Part shown: positions 25,560 through 39,499 of the stretch, piece by piece
Layout: the number at the start of each line of letters is the position of its first letter
Position numbering within the stretch: the stretch's first letter is position 1
From: Octopus sinensis
Lineage: Eukaryota
Direction of reading: 5' to 3'
Length of the DNA: 64,000 bases
NCBI RefSeq assembly: GCF_006345805.1
Contig: NC_042997.1
Span: 205,964,001-206,028,000, forward strand
Translations under genes and position numbers: made by a program
Notes under the pieces: generated by a model
The model's database searches: none
What the model was told of the DNA's origin: nothing
Seen by the model: only the letters and a program-made list of their open reading frames with translations

Positions 25560-27870
25560 ATGACGTCATATCACCACTGATAAAGGTTTATTAAGACTTG
25601 CTGCACCAAAAACAAAAGAAACTACTAACCCCGCAAAATACCAACCCATACCATGCCTCACCACCATATATAAACTGTTAACATCTATGATAGTGAATAG
25701 AGTATATGAATTCTTGGAAGTTACTCCCAGTGGCACAACAAAAGGGATGTAAAAGGAGTTCATATGGATGTAAGGACCAATTAATGATTGATAAAATGGT
25801 CATTGAAAATTGCAAATCCAAATGCAGAAACCTTAGCACCACTTGGATAGATTGCAAGAAGGCTTGTGACAGTGTCCCCCATGCATGAATCATCAAGGCC
25901 CTGGAAGTTTACAAGACAGCTCCAACAATTGTGAACTTTTTTAAAATAATCATGAATTTGTGGAGAACCAGCTTCATTTTAAACCAAATACAAGGATATA
26001 CCACCTCACCAGACATCAATATCACCTGTGGTATCTTTCACCATTACTCTTCTGCCTCGCTCTGTTCCCTTTATCCACACAAGTGAATAATGCTAAGAGA
26101 GGATGTAAGATGTTTGACCAGAAAATTAATCAGCAGCTCTATATGGATGATCTAAAACTGCCAAAAACAACAAAGAATTAGAAGAGCTCCTGAATATTGT
26201 CAAGGAATTCAGCTCTGATATAGGCATGGAATTCGGACTTGATAAATGTGCCAAGGCTACTTTCAAGGCAGGGAAGTTCATAAGGGCAGAAAACATAGAA
26301 CTTGATATTACCAGTGCTATTTGAAACCTAGACCAAACTGAAGTATACAAATATCTGGGAACCAATGAAGGTGATGGTATCCAGCACTCTAAAATAAAAG
26401 AGAAAATCTGCAAGGAATACTACCAAAGGGTAAGAATGGTCCTAAACTCAGAATTAAATGCTGCTAAAGGAATTAATGCAATCAATTCTTTGGCCCTACC
26501 AGTAACCACGTATAGCTTTGATATCATTAAGTGGAATCTCACTGACATACAGAATATGGATGGAAAGACCAGTGAAATCATTACAAGGTACCGAATGCAC
26601 CATCCAAAATCAGATGTAGACAGGATTTATCTCCCAAGAAAAATAGGCAGAAGAGGCCTGATACAGCTTGAGCTATCCTTCAAATCAGCAATAATAGGCC
26701 TTGAAATGAACCTTAATACAACAAGTGATGTGCTCTCATGAACTTCACTGAAGCATGAAGATTCCAAGCAAGCTTCGGTCATGAATCTTAGTCAAGAATT
26801 TTAAAAAAGTCTCTTGACCTACAAGCTAACAATAAGAATGACCAAAGACACCCAACTACTGACAGACCTACCATTGCTTCTCCTGATTTAGAAATTAACA
26901 ATCAGAAAGAGCAAAGAGATCCAAATGGTGACAAACCTATCACTGATGCAAAAGACATCAAACAAAAAGCAAAGAAGGCTTGCATGAATAACATGGAAGA
27001 CAACTGGAAGGGTAAACTCCTGCATGGAAAATACCCTAACCACCTGTCCAAGCCAGATATTGATCAAAATCTAACATGCCAATGGCTGCAAGGGACAGGT
27101 CTGAAAGGGGGAAACAGAAGGTTTTGCTATTGCAGAGCAAGATCAGAGCTTATCTACCAAGCAAATGTCCTTAAAGATGGATTTGGAGGAAATTCACAGA
27201 GACAATTGATCATGCTGTTTCTGGCTGCTCAGTCCTCGGTGAAAAGGAGAACCCGATAAGACATGACAAACTAGGTCAGTACATGCACCGGATTGCTTCT
27301 AAAATACCTACAAAATTAAATCCCATGATAAGTTGTACAAGCACCATCCAGAGGATGTAGTAAATGGCAAAGGCATCACCATTCTCTGGAACTTCCCAAT
27401 ACAAACAGACAGAAAAATTGACTCCAATCAACCAGACACTGTGATCAAGGACAACAACAGAGGAACTTGTCTGTCTTAATAGATATGTCTGTCCCACAAG
27501 ATCAAAATGTCTCAAGAAAGGAATGCGAAAAGCTTTCTCACTGTAAAGATCTGCAAATTGAAATCACAAAAATGTGGAAGCTTAGCTCTACGATAATACC
27601 AGTAGTATTTGGTGCCTTGGGAATGATAAAGAAGGGAGCTGAGAATTATATAAAGCAACTCCTTTGTAACTCCAATCTCTGTGAACTATAAAAGATTACT
27701 TTCATGGGTACAGCCCATACACTACAGAAAGCACTCTCCATCTAAAATGGAATAAATGTGGGGATAAGTTTTGCATGCACAGCAAAACAAAATTGCCCTT
27801 GCTACGCTTGGTCTCTGGAGGATGCCCGGTACCAAGGCAGCTGAAATAAAGTATTCATGAAAAGAAACTA
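25560..27870 (+). mobile_element. Decayed R4/Dong-clade non-LTR element (RT + restriction-like endonuclease)
   Basis: QQKGCKRSSYGCKDQLMID..WIDCKKACDSVPH; LYMDDLKL; HPKSDVDRIYLPRKIGRRGL; GKLLHGKY; DMSVP..EKLSH..IIPVVFGALG. Followed by (TAA)n. Confidence 0.85.
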
Positions 27871-27872
27871 TA

Positions 27873-27928
<56 letters not shown>

Positions 27929-28374
27929 AAAGAAGAAGAAGAAGATGACTACAATGACCAGCTATTGACAGCAGTTGGACATGTTCTTCACTGCTCTGAC
28001 CAGTCAGCAGCCAGAGGCACAGAAACACTAATACAAAGCAGCAAGACAACTGAAAAATAACCCTGAAAAAGGGGCTGATTGCTCCCTAGCTCAGATACCA
28101 GGAAACACCAAAATGGTAGAAATTCAAAAGATAGTGCTCATGGGAACTGCCCATACCCTACATAAAATACTGTCTAAGTAATCTCAAATTTTAAAACAAA
28201 TTCATAATTTTCTTATGTTTTCTTAAACATTCTCTAGAACAATACTATGTGCAAAACCAAATATATGATACCCTAGGTATAACACCAACATGAACTTCTA
28301 ACTTGTTGTCTCTTGAGGTCTCTGTGTGAGACTTGGAGCCAACTTGTACAAATACAAAGCAAAAGTCAAACATA

Positions 28375-28422
<48 letters not shown>

Positions 28423-28560
28423 TAATGGAAGAGTGTCAGCTATTGACAGCACCTGGATGTGTTCTTCCCTGCTCTGACCATTCAGCAGCTGAAGACACAG
28501 AAACAACCCAGCAGGACAACTGAAAAAATAACTCTCAAAGACTGGAATATCTACAATTTC
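27873..28560 (+). repeat. Two (TAA)n tracts, each followed by the same ~130-bp motif, enclosing a second R4/Dong 3' end
   Basis: (TAA)n at 27873-27926 and 28376-28419. CAGCTATTGACAGCA..GTTCTT..CTGCTCTGACCA..CAGCAGC..GACAACTGAAAAATAAC occurs twice. 28090-28180 encodes IPGNTKMVEIQKIVLMGTAHTLHKILSK*. Confidence 0.75.
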
Positions 28561-29158
28561 CTGCAAGTATTTTAAATTTCTCTCAAAATAAGAAGCTTAC
28601 ATACCTACAGTTTTCGAACACACAAACGATCAGCTTTAAAAACTTTAACATCTACAACTTCTGTGAATACCCATCCTTTCCTTTCTCCCTGAGTATTCGA
28701 AAATGTAAACATCCTCTTTATTCTAAGAACACTACAGTTTTCTCTGTTCAGACATACAAACAATCGTCTCTAGTAAATTTTAAAACCTACAATTTTCTTT
28801 GAAAATTTTACCCTCCTTTTCTTTCCTTTCTTTTCTCCCTGAGTATTCAAAAATGTAAACATACTCTATAGCTTTCTATGGTTAGATGTATAAACAATCA
28901 TCTTTAGAAAATTCATAACTTTAATATCTACAATTTTCTGTGAGAATTTTACCTCTCTTTTCCTCACTGCTTGAATCTGTAAACATACTTTTTATTGCAA
29001 CAATAGAAATGCACGATAAAAATTATGGAGGAAGCACCTGCCAATATATACAAACGACACAATTGTGAAAACTGCAAATCAAAAAGAGAAGAAAAATTTT
29101 TTTGAATTAACAAAAAAGTTCAGAAATTCAAATATTCAATGATGTGAACGTCGGTATA

Positions 29159-29552
29159 TCTCTCTATATATATGAAGCTGAAGTTGTCTGTGTGTGGCAG
29201 GTTTGGTAGCCTTCAACTAACACTATCTCCTCCGAGACCCTGCAGCACAAGTTGACCAAAATTGAGAGTATGGTAGAAGAAGGCTTGCTCTTCCTTCAGT
29301 AGAAGAAAAAAATTCAAATCGGACCATGTTAACACCAAAAATTATTTACATAAAAAAGGTGCTTTTTTTCTATGAAAATCCCTATTTTATACGATTTTTT
29401 GACTGCTGTGTCGCCATTTTTCAGTGTATTTCAACCAGAAAAATGTTCACTTAAAGAGAATAACAAGCTACATAATGCAAAATTTTAATTTTCAAAAATT
29501 CCAATTCTAAAGGGTTGAAACAAACCCGAGCAACGTCGGGCGATACTGCTAG
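29159..29552 (+). mobile_element. Non-autonomous Helitron
   Basis: 5' TC(TCTCTATATATATG), 3' AAACCCGAGCAACGTCGGGCGATACTGCTAG|T, near-identical to the 3' end of 5142-5536. A|T insertion site. Confidence 0.85.
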
Positions 29553-30249
29553 TATATATATAATTTTTTCCCTATCAGTAATTAAAATAATAACAAGGTG
29601 AACTGATTCCTTTCAAGTTCAAGGTCAGCACTCTCCATTGCAAGTAGTAGTAAACACATTTGACCTCTACTGACCCCAAGGGTGTGAAGCTTCTTTTGTC
29701 TCCTGATCATACAGGAATGTGAAAGCCCATTGTTGACCGTCTTACCATCTGCTGATCCTATTTACAGATCTGTAGAATTTGGTCTGTCTTCCTCAACCTT
29801 TACATATTTATGATTATCTCAAGTACAAGACAAAAGTCGAAACCAAACAACATTTAATAATACCACACTGTAGTAGGAGCAAAGATGGTAGTTTTAAATA
29901 AATAACAGTTATACTGTCACCATGGCTACAAAGGTTAACCACAACCATACAGATCAAGGCAGTATTGGTGGTAACTAACGATGAGCAAAGCTGTAAAAGC
30001 AAGGTTAAAGTAACTAATGGCATTAATGACATTAGTGGCAGAGACAACAACCGGCTCTACATCTGCCACAATACAGCACTCAATACTAATAATTTTAGTG
30101 TAGCACTGATATGTCTCACAAAACACAAAGGAAAACTAAAACAATACACCAAATCGCTTGTCCTATGGTCAATCTAGAAGCACTTCCCCCCAGGAGAGAG
30201 CCAGCCTGGGGTCGAAAAGTCATCCACTGGCACAAACTCTTCTCTGAAT

Positions 30250-31010
30250 ATAAACCTGGATGGTCACTTGAATGGGAACTGCCCCAACTCAAGCCCTCCA
30301 AGTCCACCACCACAGACAGAATGGACCCAAGAAGAGTATACAGAAGTAATGTATGCCTCGTATTATGCATTAGGCTGATCATCTGAAATGAAACACACCA
30401 CATGCTCTTATCAAATATGGAGAACACGAAATCAAGACAACAGACTATATTTGGAGGAAAACAAGTTAGCAAATGTTAGGAGGGATATCTTCAGAAATAA
30501 AAGACTCACAGATAGTGAAATAACCACAATCAAGTGAGCAGCAGAAAAAAGACTTAAATATAAGACAACAAGGAAATGAAGAACCAGACGAAGAGAGCAA
30601 CTCTACACGAGTCTCCATTAGAAGACTGCCATCTGACCAGAATACGCAAACGTCTGGAGAAATAAATTGTAATGAACCTGAGAAAGATAACAAGGTAAGT
30701 GGTAAAGAAACAGTGTTTGAAGACTGCACCTTTACTGAAGAACATAGAGAGTCTATGATAGAACTGAAGCAGAAAATCTTGAATAACCTTGCAGTTGCAA
30801 GGCACAACAATATGCATGATAGAGAACCCCTTCATAAATTCTCAAATGTAATCCAAAATAGAAAACAAATTAAAATTGGAAACTATGTAACAAAGGAAAT
30901 TATACAAGAACTAAAACCAGATCTCACTGAATTAAATGAAATGATTTATGCAGCTGCTAAGACAATTGAAACCAGTCGTATGCCTCTGAAAAAATATGTT
31001 GTCATAGGTA
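30250..31010 (+). mobile_element. R4/Dong-clade element, N-terminal coding fragment
   Basis: Manual translation: EEYTEVMYASYYA..YQIWRTRNQDNRLYLEENKLANVRRDIFRNKRLTDSEI, typical of the R4/Dong ORF N-terminus. Confidence 0.6.
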
Positions 31011-31029
31011 TGACTCCTTAATGTATCAC

Positions 31030-32230
31030 CTAATTGACTATATGGAAGACTAGACTACACTGCCAAGTATTTTAAGCATCTCTGCAGTGATTCCTGATGG
31101 GCCAGGGGCTTTCCCAGCCTTCATACCCTTAATTGCTTTATCTACCAAGGTTTTTTTTTAATTCAGATAGCTAATCCCTCTGTTGGGTCGACATTTGGCA
31201 GACTCTCTTTCTCCCATTCATTCTCTTCATTTAGCAACCTTACAGAGTGGTGTCTCCAAGTCTCCTTCCTTGCAACCTCATTAAATGCAAATGAGCCATC
31301 ATCGATGCAGACACATTTCTCTCCTGTGACATCATGATTCTCTCTCACACACTGTCTTGCAACACGAAATACTTCAAGTCTTTGGTCTTCATGACACAGG
31401 ACATTGGCAAATTTCTTCTTATCAGCTTCTCCTCTGGCTAAATAAACCTGTCTCCTGGCTTCCCTTCTGGCAATCTGATAGAATTCCCTGCTGCCACTGT
31501 TCTTCCAGTCCTCCTATGCCTGTTTCTTTTCATTAATGGCCCTGTCAACTACATTGTTCCAACACCATGTTACCTTGGGTTGAGAGGGGACTTTGCACCA
31601 TCCACAGATCTGGTCAGTAGCCCTCAGCAGGTTGTCCCATAGAAACTTGCAGTTGTCTTCCACATCATGCGATGCTATATGCTCCCCTATTTTGTCAAAA
31701 GTTTCAAGTAATATGTCTCTAAATCTCTGTCCATTTGCAGGATCATTAAGCTTCCAGACCCTGCTTTTCTATACTGGTCATCTTCTGGGCATCCATTTAA
31801 CCCTGATCCTAAAGTCAATAACTACTAACCTATGTTGTGCTGGTGTATTCTTCACCTAGGATGGTTTTGGCATTTATAAGTTGCCATCTTTCCTGTTTCT
31901 TGGCAAGGATGTAGTCAATCTGATTAGTGCGTCCACCAAACCAGTGGGTGAATTTGTGACTGGCAGGTTTTCTGAAATTAGTATTACAGACCATAAGATC
32001 ATTTGCATCACAGAACTCCAGTATCCTTGTTCCCTCCTCATTGCAGGAACCAAATCCATGTACACCATGGAAGCCCTTGCACGTTGTCCAACATGCCCAT
32101 TGAAGTTGCCAGCCACAAAGAGAAGGTCCCTTTCATTCATCAACGAGATAGTCTGCAAGAGGGTGTCATGAAATCGGTCATTCTGTTCATCAGGTAGCCC
32201 TGGCTGAGGGGCATAAGCTGAGATAATCTG
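31030..32230 (-). mobile_element. RTE-type LINE fragment (APE C-terminus + linker)
   Basis: IISAYAPQPGLPDEQNDRFHDTLL..FVAGNFNGHVG. Homologous to 48150-48960. Confidence 0.8.
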
Positions 32231-32349
32231 ATAAGATATATATCTGACAAACAGCTTCAAGGAGAAAACTTTGATCTCCAATCCTCCAAAGGAGCAATTG
32301 CTGCTTTTCTGAGGAAAGTACAGCTCTAGGAAATAAATATTGTATGCTG

Positions 32350-32850
32350 TGTATTATTAGAATTTCCCTGTTTGGAATCAATTAACAGTAATCTGCACGA
32401 TGATGACCTTGTTTACTGAACATTTGAAAAGCTTGCATAATGATATCAAGGTCAGTTTAATGACCTGCTGCAGTTAAATATACCACGTTGGGTGACATTT
32501 CATGTTGCTGGTGTAGATATCTGTTTGCAGGAGAATCTCATTGAATTGCAGAACGATGAAATATTTCAAGCAAGATTTAAAGATGGAGAACGTAATGTAT
32601 GGTAAAAAAAATGACACTGCTACAAAGTATCCATTATTCTGGTGGGGGAGTGCAGTTGTACTTTACTGCTTTTCCTTTATCTTACCTTGTTGAATCTGGT
32701 TTCAGCCATGTCGCTAATTTACTGTGAACAGCTCATAATTGAATCGACATTGTAGAAAAAGGTGATCTTCAATTATCATTGACAACACAAGAGCAGAACA
32801 ATTTAAAACTAGCAAAGCAGCACCAACCACCAGACTTGCATTAAAGAAAT
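32350..32850 (+). mobile_element. hAT (Charlie/Buster, ZBED8-like) transposase C-terminal remnant
   Basis: Manual translation: HLKSLHNDIK..DLLQLNIPRWV..LQENLIELQNDE..YPLFW..YLVESGFSHV..GDLQLSLT. Frameshifted. Confidence 0.65.
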
Positions 32851-33343
32851 TAACACTAAAGTACTACCTTATATTAAAAAGCAGCATTCGAGCATGGTCG
32901 ATGCCAGTGCTGCTTGTCCAGCCCCCATGCTTGTGGCCTGTAAAAAGCACCCACTGCACTCTCAGAGTGGTTGGCATCAGGAAGGGCATCCAGCTGGAGA
33001 AACTCTGCCTGGCAAGATTGGAGCCTGGTGCAGTCATCTGGCTCGCCAGTCCTCAGTCAAACCGTCCAACCCATGACAGCATGGAAAGCGGACATTAAAT
33101 AATGATGATGATATACTTGTATATTTATGACTAATTTTACTTGTGACCATTCATTTTGAATAGAATTTAGTTGTTAAGAAATTGGTTATATACAGTACAC
33201 AAAATATCTTAACAATTTTTATATAATTCCTAATAATCTATGCTATAATTGAGAAAGCTGCTTATTAATTAGGTATGTAATAATTACTAAAAGTACTAAA
33301 AGACACAAATGAAATTTTAATGTTGAAGAAAAACTGGTAGTTC

Positions 33344-33507
33344 TTAAATACAGAGGTCCCTTAATGTTACTCTTTAAATACAGGTGTTACTTACAAAACA
33401 TGTATGCTGTGTGGACATGTAATGACACCGTAGCCCTAACCCTAACCCTAAAAACTAACCCTCCCCTTCATATCATTACATAGATGCATTGGGACCTCTG
33501 TATTTAA
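33344..33507. mobile_element. Small MITE with 17-bp TIRs and internal (CCCTAA)n
   Basis: TTAAATACAGAGGTCCC (33344-33360) and GGGACCTCTGTATTTAA (33491-33507), with CCCTAACCCTAACCCTAA inside. Confidence 0.65.
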
Positions 33508-34744
33508 GTGGGACTTCAGGATTTAAGTAGTGCTCTGAAACTAACAGTTTTTGTGTGCTCTTGAATAGCTTACAAACATCTTCTACACTGCAATTGTTTG
33601 TGTTTCAGCAAATGATCTCAGGTCAAGTCATTTGCTGTGCAAGCAAATCTCCATAATTTTTTTAAAATTACTATGGATAAATGCCAGCAATGACCTTCTC
33701 AGGCTCTCCAATATTTTAAATTCTAAACAGAAACAATCAGGGGCAGGGAGTGGGGTTGCCAAAAATTCATAATTTCTCAGATTTTCTCTTTTATGGCATA
33801 TAAATGTATTTATGGGGGAAAAATATCGAAAAGCATCAATACACATGAGAGGGATAAAGAAACGAGGAGGGTTGTCTTTGGATGTGCTAGAAACAACAGC
33901 CAAATTGCCCTTAAATCACTGACTTTTCCCTTTGGAAATATTAACAAATTTTTTTTTATTTTGTTACTGAAAATACTCTTCCAATGGTTTTGAAGTGGCA
34001 AAAAAACATTGGCCAAAACAGTCTGGTGTGGGATGATGAGGGAGGGGGTGTAAAAAAAAAAGAATTTCCAAAACATTTTCATACAAAGATACCCCTCCCC
34101 CAACCCCATCATTTCGAAGGCTGTGGCTTAAAAAAATGGGGAAAATCCCTGAAAAAATTTCCCCCACAAATTTCTTTATAATCATAATCTATGCCGTTCG
34201 AAAGGGATTTGTATGAATTTTCATTAAAAGATACATATCTCTGTGAACATTATGAGGGAAAAAAGTCAGATTGTATGAATTTTCTGAAACTCCTCTTTCC
34301 ACCCCCTCGGAAAAATTGTTTCCCATAAATCCCTGAAGCCATGACATCTAAGCGGTATTTGTAGAAAATTTTGTTAAAACGTATCCATTTTTCTGAATGT
34401 CATCAGGCAACAAAGTTGGGGGCATATGCATCTGTAGTAATGCTTTTTTATATTTATTCAATTTTTTCATTTCATATCCATTTCATTCATTGTTTGCAAT
34501 GTTTTCTCTCTCATTCTCTCTGACACACACACTGCAAGGCTTACAGAAGGGCTGCTGAATTGAAATCTCTATGTTGCTTTGAGGGGAAGGGAAGGTAAAA
34601 CTTGATAAACTGCTTCTCCTTCTGTTGTTGGACTACTGTGATGTTTGTTTAAAAAGGAGAGATTATGACTGTGATAAAATAATGAAAGCAATATGTGCTA
34701 AGCAAGTGAGCACTATTATACAAAGAAATAATTAGACGTAAAAT

Positions 34745-35105
34745 ATAATCATCATCATCATCATCATCGTTTAACATCCGCTTTCCATGCTAGCATGGGT
34801 TGGATGGTTCAACTGGGGTCTGGGAAGCCCGAAGGCTACACCAGGCCAGTCAGATCTGGCAGTGTTTCTACAGCTGGATGCCCTTCCTAACACCAACCAC
34901 TCCGTGAGTGTAGTGGGTGCTTTTTATGTGCCACTGACACAGGTGCCAGACAAGGCTGGCGATTAGCCACACTCGGATGGTGCTTTTTACGTGCCACCGA
35001 CACGGAGGCCAGGCGAGGCTGGCATGGCCATGATCGGATGGTGTTTGTTACGTGCCACCAGCACATAGGCCAGTCGATGCGGTGCTGGCTACGGCCACGT
35101 TCAGA
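34745..35105 (-). mobile_element. RTE-3'-end-like short retroposon with internal minisatellite
   Basis: (CAT)n GTTTAACATCCGCTTTCCATGCTAGCATGGG..., then repeated GTGCCAC..GCAC units. Confidence 0.7.
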
Positions 35106-35471
35106 TAATTATTAGAATTGGGAATCAAATGTGAACATATTATCAAGGGGCGAGCAGAAAACCACGCGGAGGGTGGTCTTTCTGCTAATATTTAATCATA
35201 AAAATACAATAGGAGTTTTTAAACATCAAATGGGTATGGTGGTGGTGGTGGGTCCACAGAAGTGAAATAGGAATCAAAGTGCAGCCATGGTAGTAGGCCA
35301 GAAATTGGTCAATATCTATGAAGGACAGGCCATCAGGGTCAAACCCAGCAACCTCACAGTGGATACTTTGTGAGATGAATGTTTTTCTTTGTATTTGATC
35401 ACCCTACAGGACAAAAACCGGGCAAAAGGTGGAGGGTTTCAGTTTGAATCAATGACCATCCAGACAGTATT

Positions 35472-35521
<50 letters not shown>

Positions 35522-37508
35522 GCTGCTGAAGACAGCCTTGTTATTGTCATATCATTGTACACTGTGCTAATGGTCCATGATAGTAGCCGTAATGATAATG
35601 TGTACCTGCCGAGACCAGAGAAGATAGAGAGGTCCCCTTTATTGGGTTAGGTCTACGACAACGGGAAGTAGGTCTCTTTTGCCTTAGAGATGGTTGCTTT
35701 TGGTTGAAACACCACAGTCCTCTTTATGAGTGAAATGCCAAATAAAAATTATCATCACAACACTGAATCCCCAAGGAAAAGCCTTTTGCGACCTGCTGTA
35801 CATCCAGGTGGGCTTGGTCGTTTATTCGAATACTTCTGCAAAGTAGAGAAGAAGATGATCTCAGAATGACAAAAGGGCCATAATGGAATGTTATGGCAGA
35901 AGTGAGTCTACCAAACTAGGATACAGGATATGGAGGCATGAAATATGGATAGAGAAACATATGTTCCCTCTCTCTGAATATTGTTCTGTGAAATCCTTTG
36001 TAAATTAAAGTCTCCGTCTAACTTATGCTAACATGAAAAAGTGGGGGGATGGATGGAAGCTGCAGTCTGGGATCAAGAAAAAAAAGACCAAGATTAGAGT
36101 CATGGCATCTGGAATGTCATCTGGCATTCACTGGCAATCAAGTATTGTGGTCATGGAAGTTCTATGTTAGCAATATATAGAAATCTATTGGCAGGAAAGA
36201 GCAATGACATTCTCAGGAAAACATTAGGCGTTGACCAGTATGAAGCATCTGGTCTGCTTTGGAGGACATTCAGGCCAGGAATTAGCACAGGTAGTTTCCA
36301 GAAATTCTTGGTCTGGCTATCGAGGAGCAGCGCTGGCATAAACTCTATGGATGGGACTGGCTGAGATGCCCTCGTACAGTGTCCAAGCATTTCTGATCTG
36401 CAGAGTCATGTTGAACAGCTGTTGGCACATGTAGGAAGGATCTGGCTATGAGTTGAGTCTGTTTTGAGGATTACCCCATCACTGACCTTTAAGAAAGCAG
36501 GGCAGATGATGTTTCTCTCCCGAGAGAAAGGGCTTGTGTGGTGGACAAGGCCGAAAAAAATTAAGGAAAGACACCTTCCTCTTAAGTTAAACCCAGATCC
36601 CTTTTTTTTTTAAAGTTCCATTTGGAAAAGAAATTGAGGGTGGAGAGGGAAGGTGGCTGACTGGTAAGAATGATTAGGGTGAATGAAGCTCCTTTAGGCA
36701 TACACCTGGTGAGTGGAGGGCAGCAGTGGGGTGAGGACTCGTGCCCTTCATGGTCAGGGTGATCCTGGATCTGTGGGGTTCATTGACTGGTGCTTTCTTT
36801 CCCTTCATCCGTTATGTGACCCCCCCCCACAGATTGCAAAATGTCTGAGTAATGCCCCTCACTGACGCCCCTGTGGCAAATAAAAGAAATCATCATCATC
36901 ATCATCATAATTATTGCATTCTATATTAATCAGCAGGGATGTTGCCTTGATGTTTGATGGCAACAGGTCACCTCAAATCCGAAGAATCTTTCTCTATCTA
37001 CATAATGGTCTGCTAGTCATAAAGCTTTTCATTGAGTACTGCCTCCTCCAAGTAATGCCTTTTGGTGATAACTCACACACACACACACACACGCACACAC
37101 ACACACACAAATCCTATGATGTCCACAGTTTCTGTCTTCTAAATATCAGTCACAAGGCTCTGGTCATCTTCAGGCTGTGGTAGAAGATACTTGCTCAAGG
37201 TGCTGTTGGACAGTGGGATTGAACTAAAACCAATTAATTGTACAGGGAACCTCATAATCCTCTCGGCTATCAAGCAAAGAAAGGGGCCTCTAAGTGATGA
37301 CTTGATCTGCTAGAAAAGGCAGTTAAATCTTCTTCATGTACCACCTAACATCTTAAAGAAGGAAGGACACTTGGGGGTATTTATGGTCGGAATGTCTCTG
37401 ACCTGGTTAGACACTTCAACGCCAATACAACCATGCCTTCCACTCTTAAATAATTACTTTATATTCTCAATTATATTTTGAAATTTCTTCTGCTATTTTG
37501 ATTTTCAG

Positions 37509-37682
37509 ATGCAGAAAATCTAGTCTGGCAAGAAGATGCAATGATTGTGTCAAATGGCCCCAAAGACATGTCTGAAGAAATGTTAATTGATTTTTTGGAA
37601 GAGAACGGGAAATTAGAAATTCTACGTGTCTTCCCTGGAAGAAAACCTGGAACTTTTCTTGTGTATTGCGAAAATGATATTG
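37509..37682 (+). CDS. Host gene internal exon: RRM-like domain (PARP14/PARP10-like N-terminus)
   Basis: Acceptor ATTTTCAG| and donor TG|GTAAGT; 174 nt, phase 1-1, open frame: DAENLVWQEDAMIVSNGPKDMSEEMLIDFLEENGKLEILRVFPGRKPGTFLVYCENDI. Confidence 0.85.
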
Positions 37683-37779
37683 GTAAGTTTCTTCAAGTTT
37701 GATTTGTTCTGAAAAAGATTTCTTGAATTTTGTTTTGTTAATAGGATTGGTATATCTTTTGTGTTTTAAACGTTTTAGT

Positions 37780-38140
37780 GTAATGACTCAGGCCATGCTG
37801 GGGCACCACCCTGAAGATCTTTTTGTGTCAAAAGAATCGACCCCAGTGCTTCTAACCTTTTTAAGCGTGGTAACATTTAATCACTCTATTTTGCTGATCT
37901 GCTAAGTTACAGGAACATAAACATACTGAGACCAGTCATCAAATAGTGGCGGATAACAAACAGTCACACACACACACATACTGGGCTTCTTTCAGTTTCC
38001 ATCTACCAAATTCACTCACAACGCCTCGGCCGAACTGAGGCTACAGTAGAAGATTCTCACCCAAGGTGCCACACAGTGGGACTGAACCCAGAATCCTGTG
38101 GTTGGGAAGCAAACTTCTTGGCACACAGCCTTGTCTGCAC
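37780..38140 (-). mobile_element. tRNA-derived CORE-like SINE, near full length
   Basis: The reverse complement has a tRNA head (GCTGTGTGCCAAGAAG..GGTTCAGTCCCAC) and GGCACCTTGGGTGAG core. Related pieces lie at 40-110, 37120-37260 and 42405-42570. Confidence 0.75.
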
Positions 38141-39499
38141 CTGTTTATATCTTTTATTTCTTCCCAGATTTTGCCTTTTGGTTTCTCACATTTATCAGGA
38201 AAGGAAGAAATTTGTCAGGAATGATGGTTATCAGGCAGGAAATCAGAAATATTAGAGATGATGTTTTATCAGTGGAACTGATTCCAGTATTTGACCGTTC
38301 CTTCAGTTTCTAAACATTGGAAAGAGGGAAAGTAAATGGAATATTTTACCATCTTTGTTTGATTGATAGAGGGAACTTGTTACAAATGTAATTTCTATCT
38401 AAACCGAAAAGAAAACTGAGTCTTTACCATGTAAATGCATATTACAGAATAATAAAACAAATATATAGTTCAATTCTAAAACAAAATCTATGTTGTGTGT
38501 CTTGGGAGGGTCATTGTGCCAATGATAAACACATGCACAGGTCTGCCTGTCTTTTACTTTTAATTATAGTTTCAATATAAAACGAATATGTTGAGTAATG
38601 ATACTCTCATAATATTGAACACATCAAACTAAAATTTTCAAATCAATAAAATTCTACAAAGGACTTTCCACACAGGATTATATATTCGGTTGATGTAATT
38701 TTTTCTTTTATTCATGAAAGTAGTTTCGCTCTACAAATGGATCATCGCCCACTACTCTCAATATATGGTTCTAAAAAAGGAATATCAACACACTCAGTGA
38801 ATAGATAACAGCAGTGGGGCATTTCATAATTGAAGTATGACTACAAAATGGAATATTTACCATGAAAAAACTAGGGAATGTGGATGGTTTGTCTAGAAGG
38901 ACACTGAAACACTGTGAGCCATTTAACAGCAGAAGAAGAAATAAAAAATGTATTGTGGGATTGTTAAGTGAATTACTGGTGACACTAGAAGACATAAAAT
39001 GAAATGTGGAAATTCATAACAGAAATGAAAATAATACTGTAGACAGGAAGAGTAAATAGGAACAAGATTGGTGTGAAACAAAAGCAAGATGTAAACCTAT
39101 ACTCAATTTGTGATGGTGTATAAATTGTATGCCCAGAGAGTAGTAATACGGGAAGCATTGCAAAAGAAAATGTTGAGGGAATTCCATGTTGGACATCCTG
39201 GTATTTCAAGGATGAAAACTTTAATGTATAGCTACGTGTACTGGCCAAAAATGGATAGAGTGTTATGGCGAGAATCATGACACCCCCTGTGAGAATGGAC
39301 TGGTCAAACTCATATAAGTAGCAGCGTGTTTGACTGAGAGCAAGAGATGAGAAATTGCAGGAAGTTGAAAGGTGTCGTTCGTGAGTTCATGGAGTTGCAG
39401 GAAATTGTTGAGAAGTTGTTATAGTTCGTTGAGAGTTGTTTTGGATTGGTTACAGTTGTTGGCAGAGTATTTGGGAATACATCATGTGGAGACAGTTGA

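Noticed and set aside
35520-36800. Minus-strand ORF fragments with a possible Cys/His knuckle
   Set aside because: Probably a decayed LINE ORF1 region, but the motifs were too degraded to classify.
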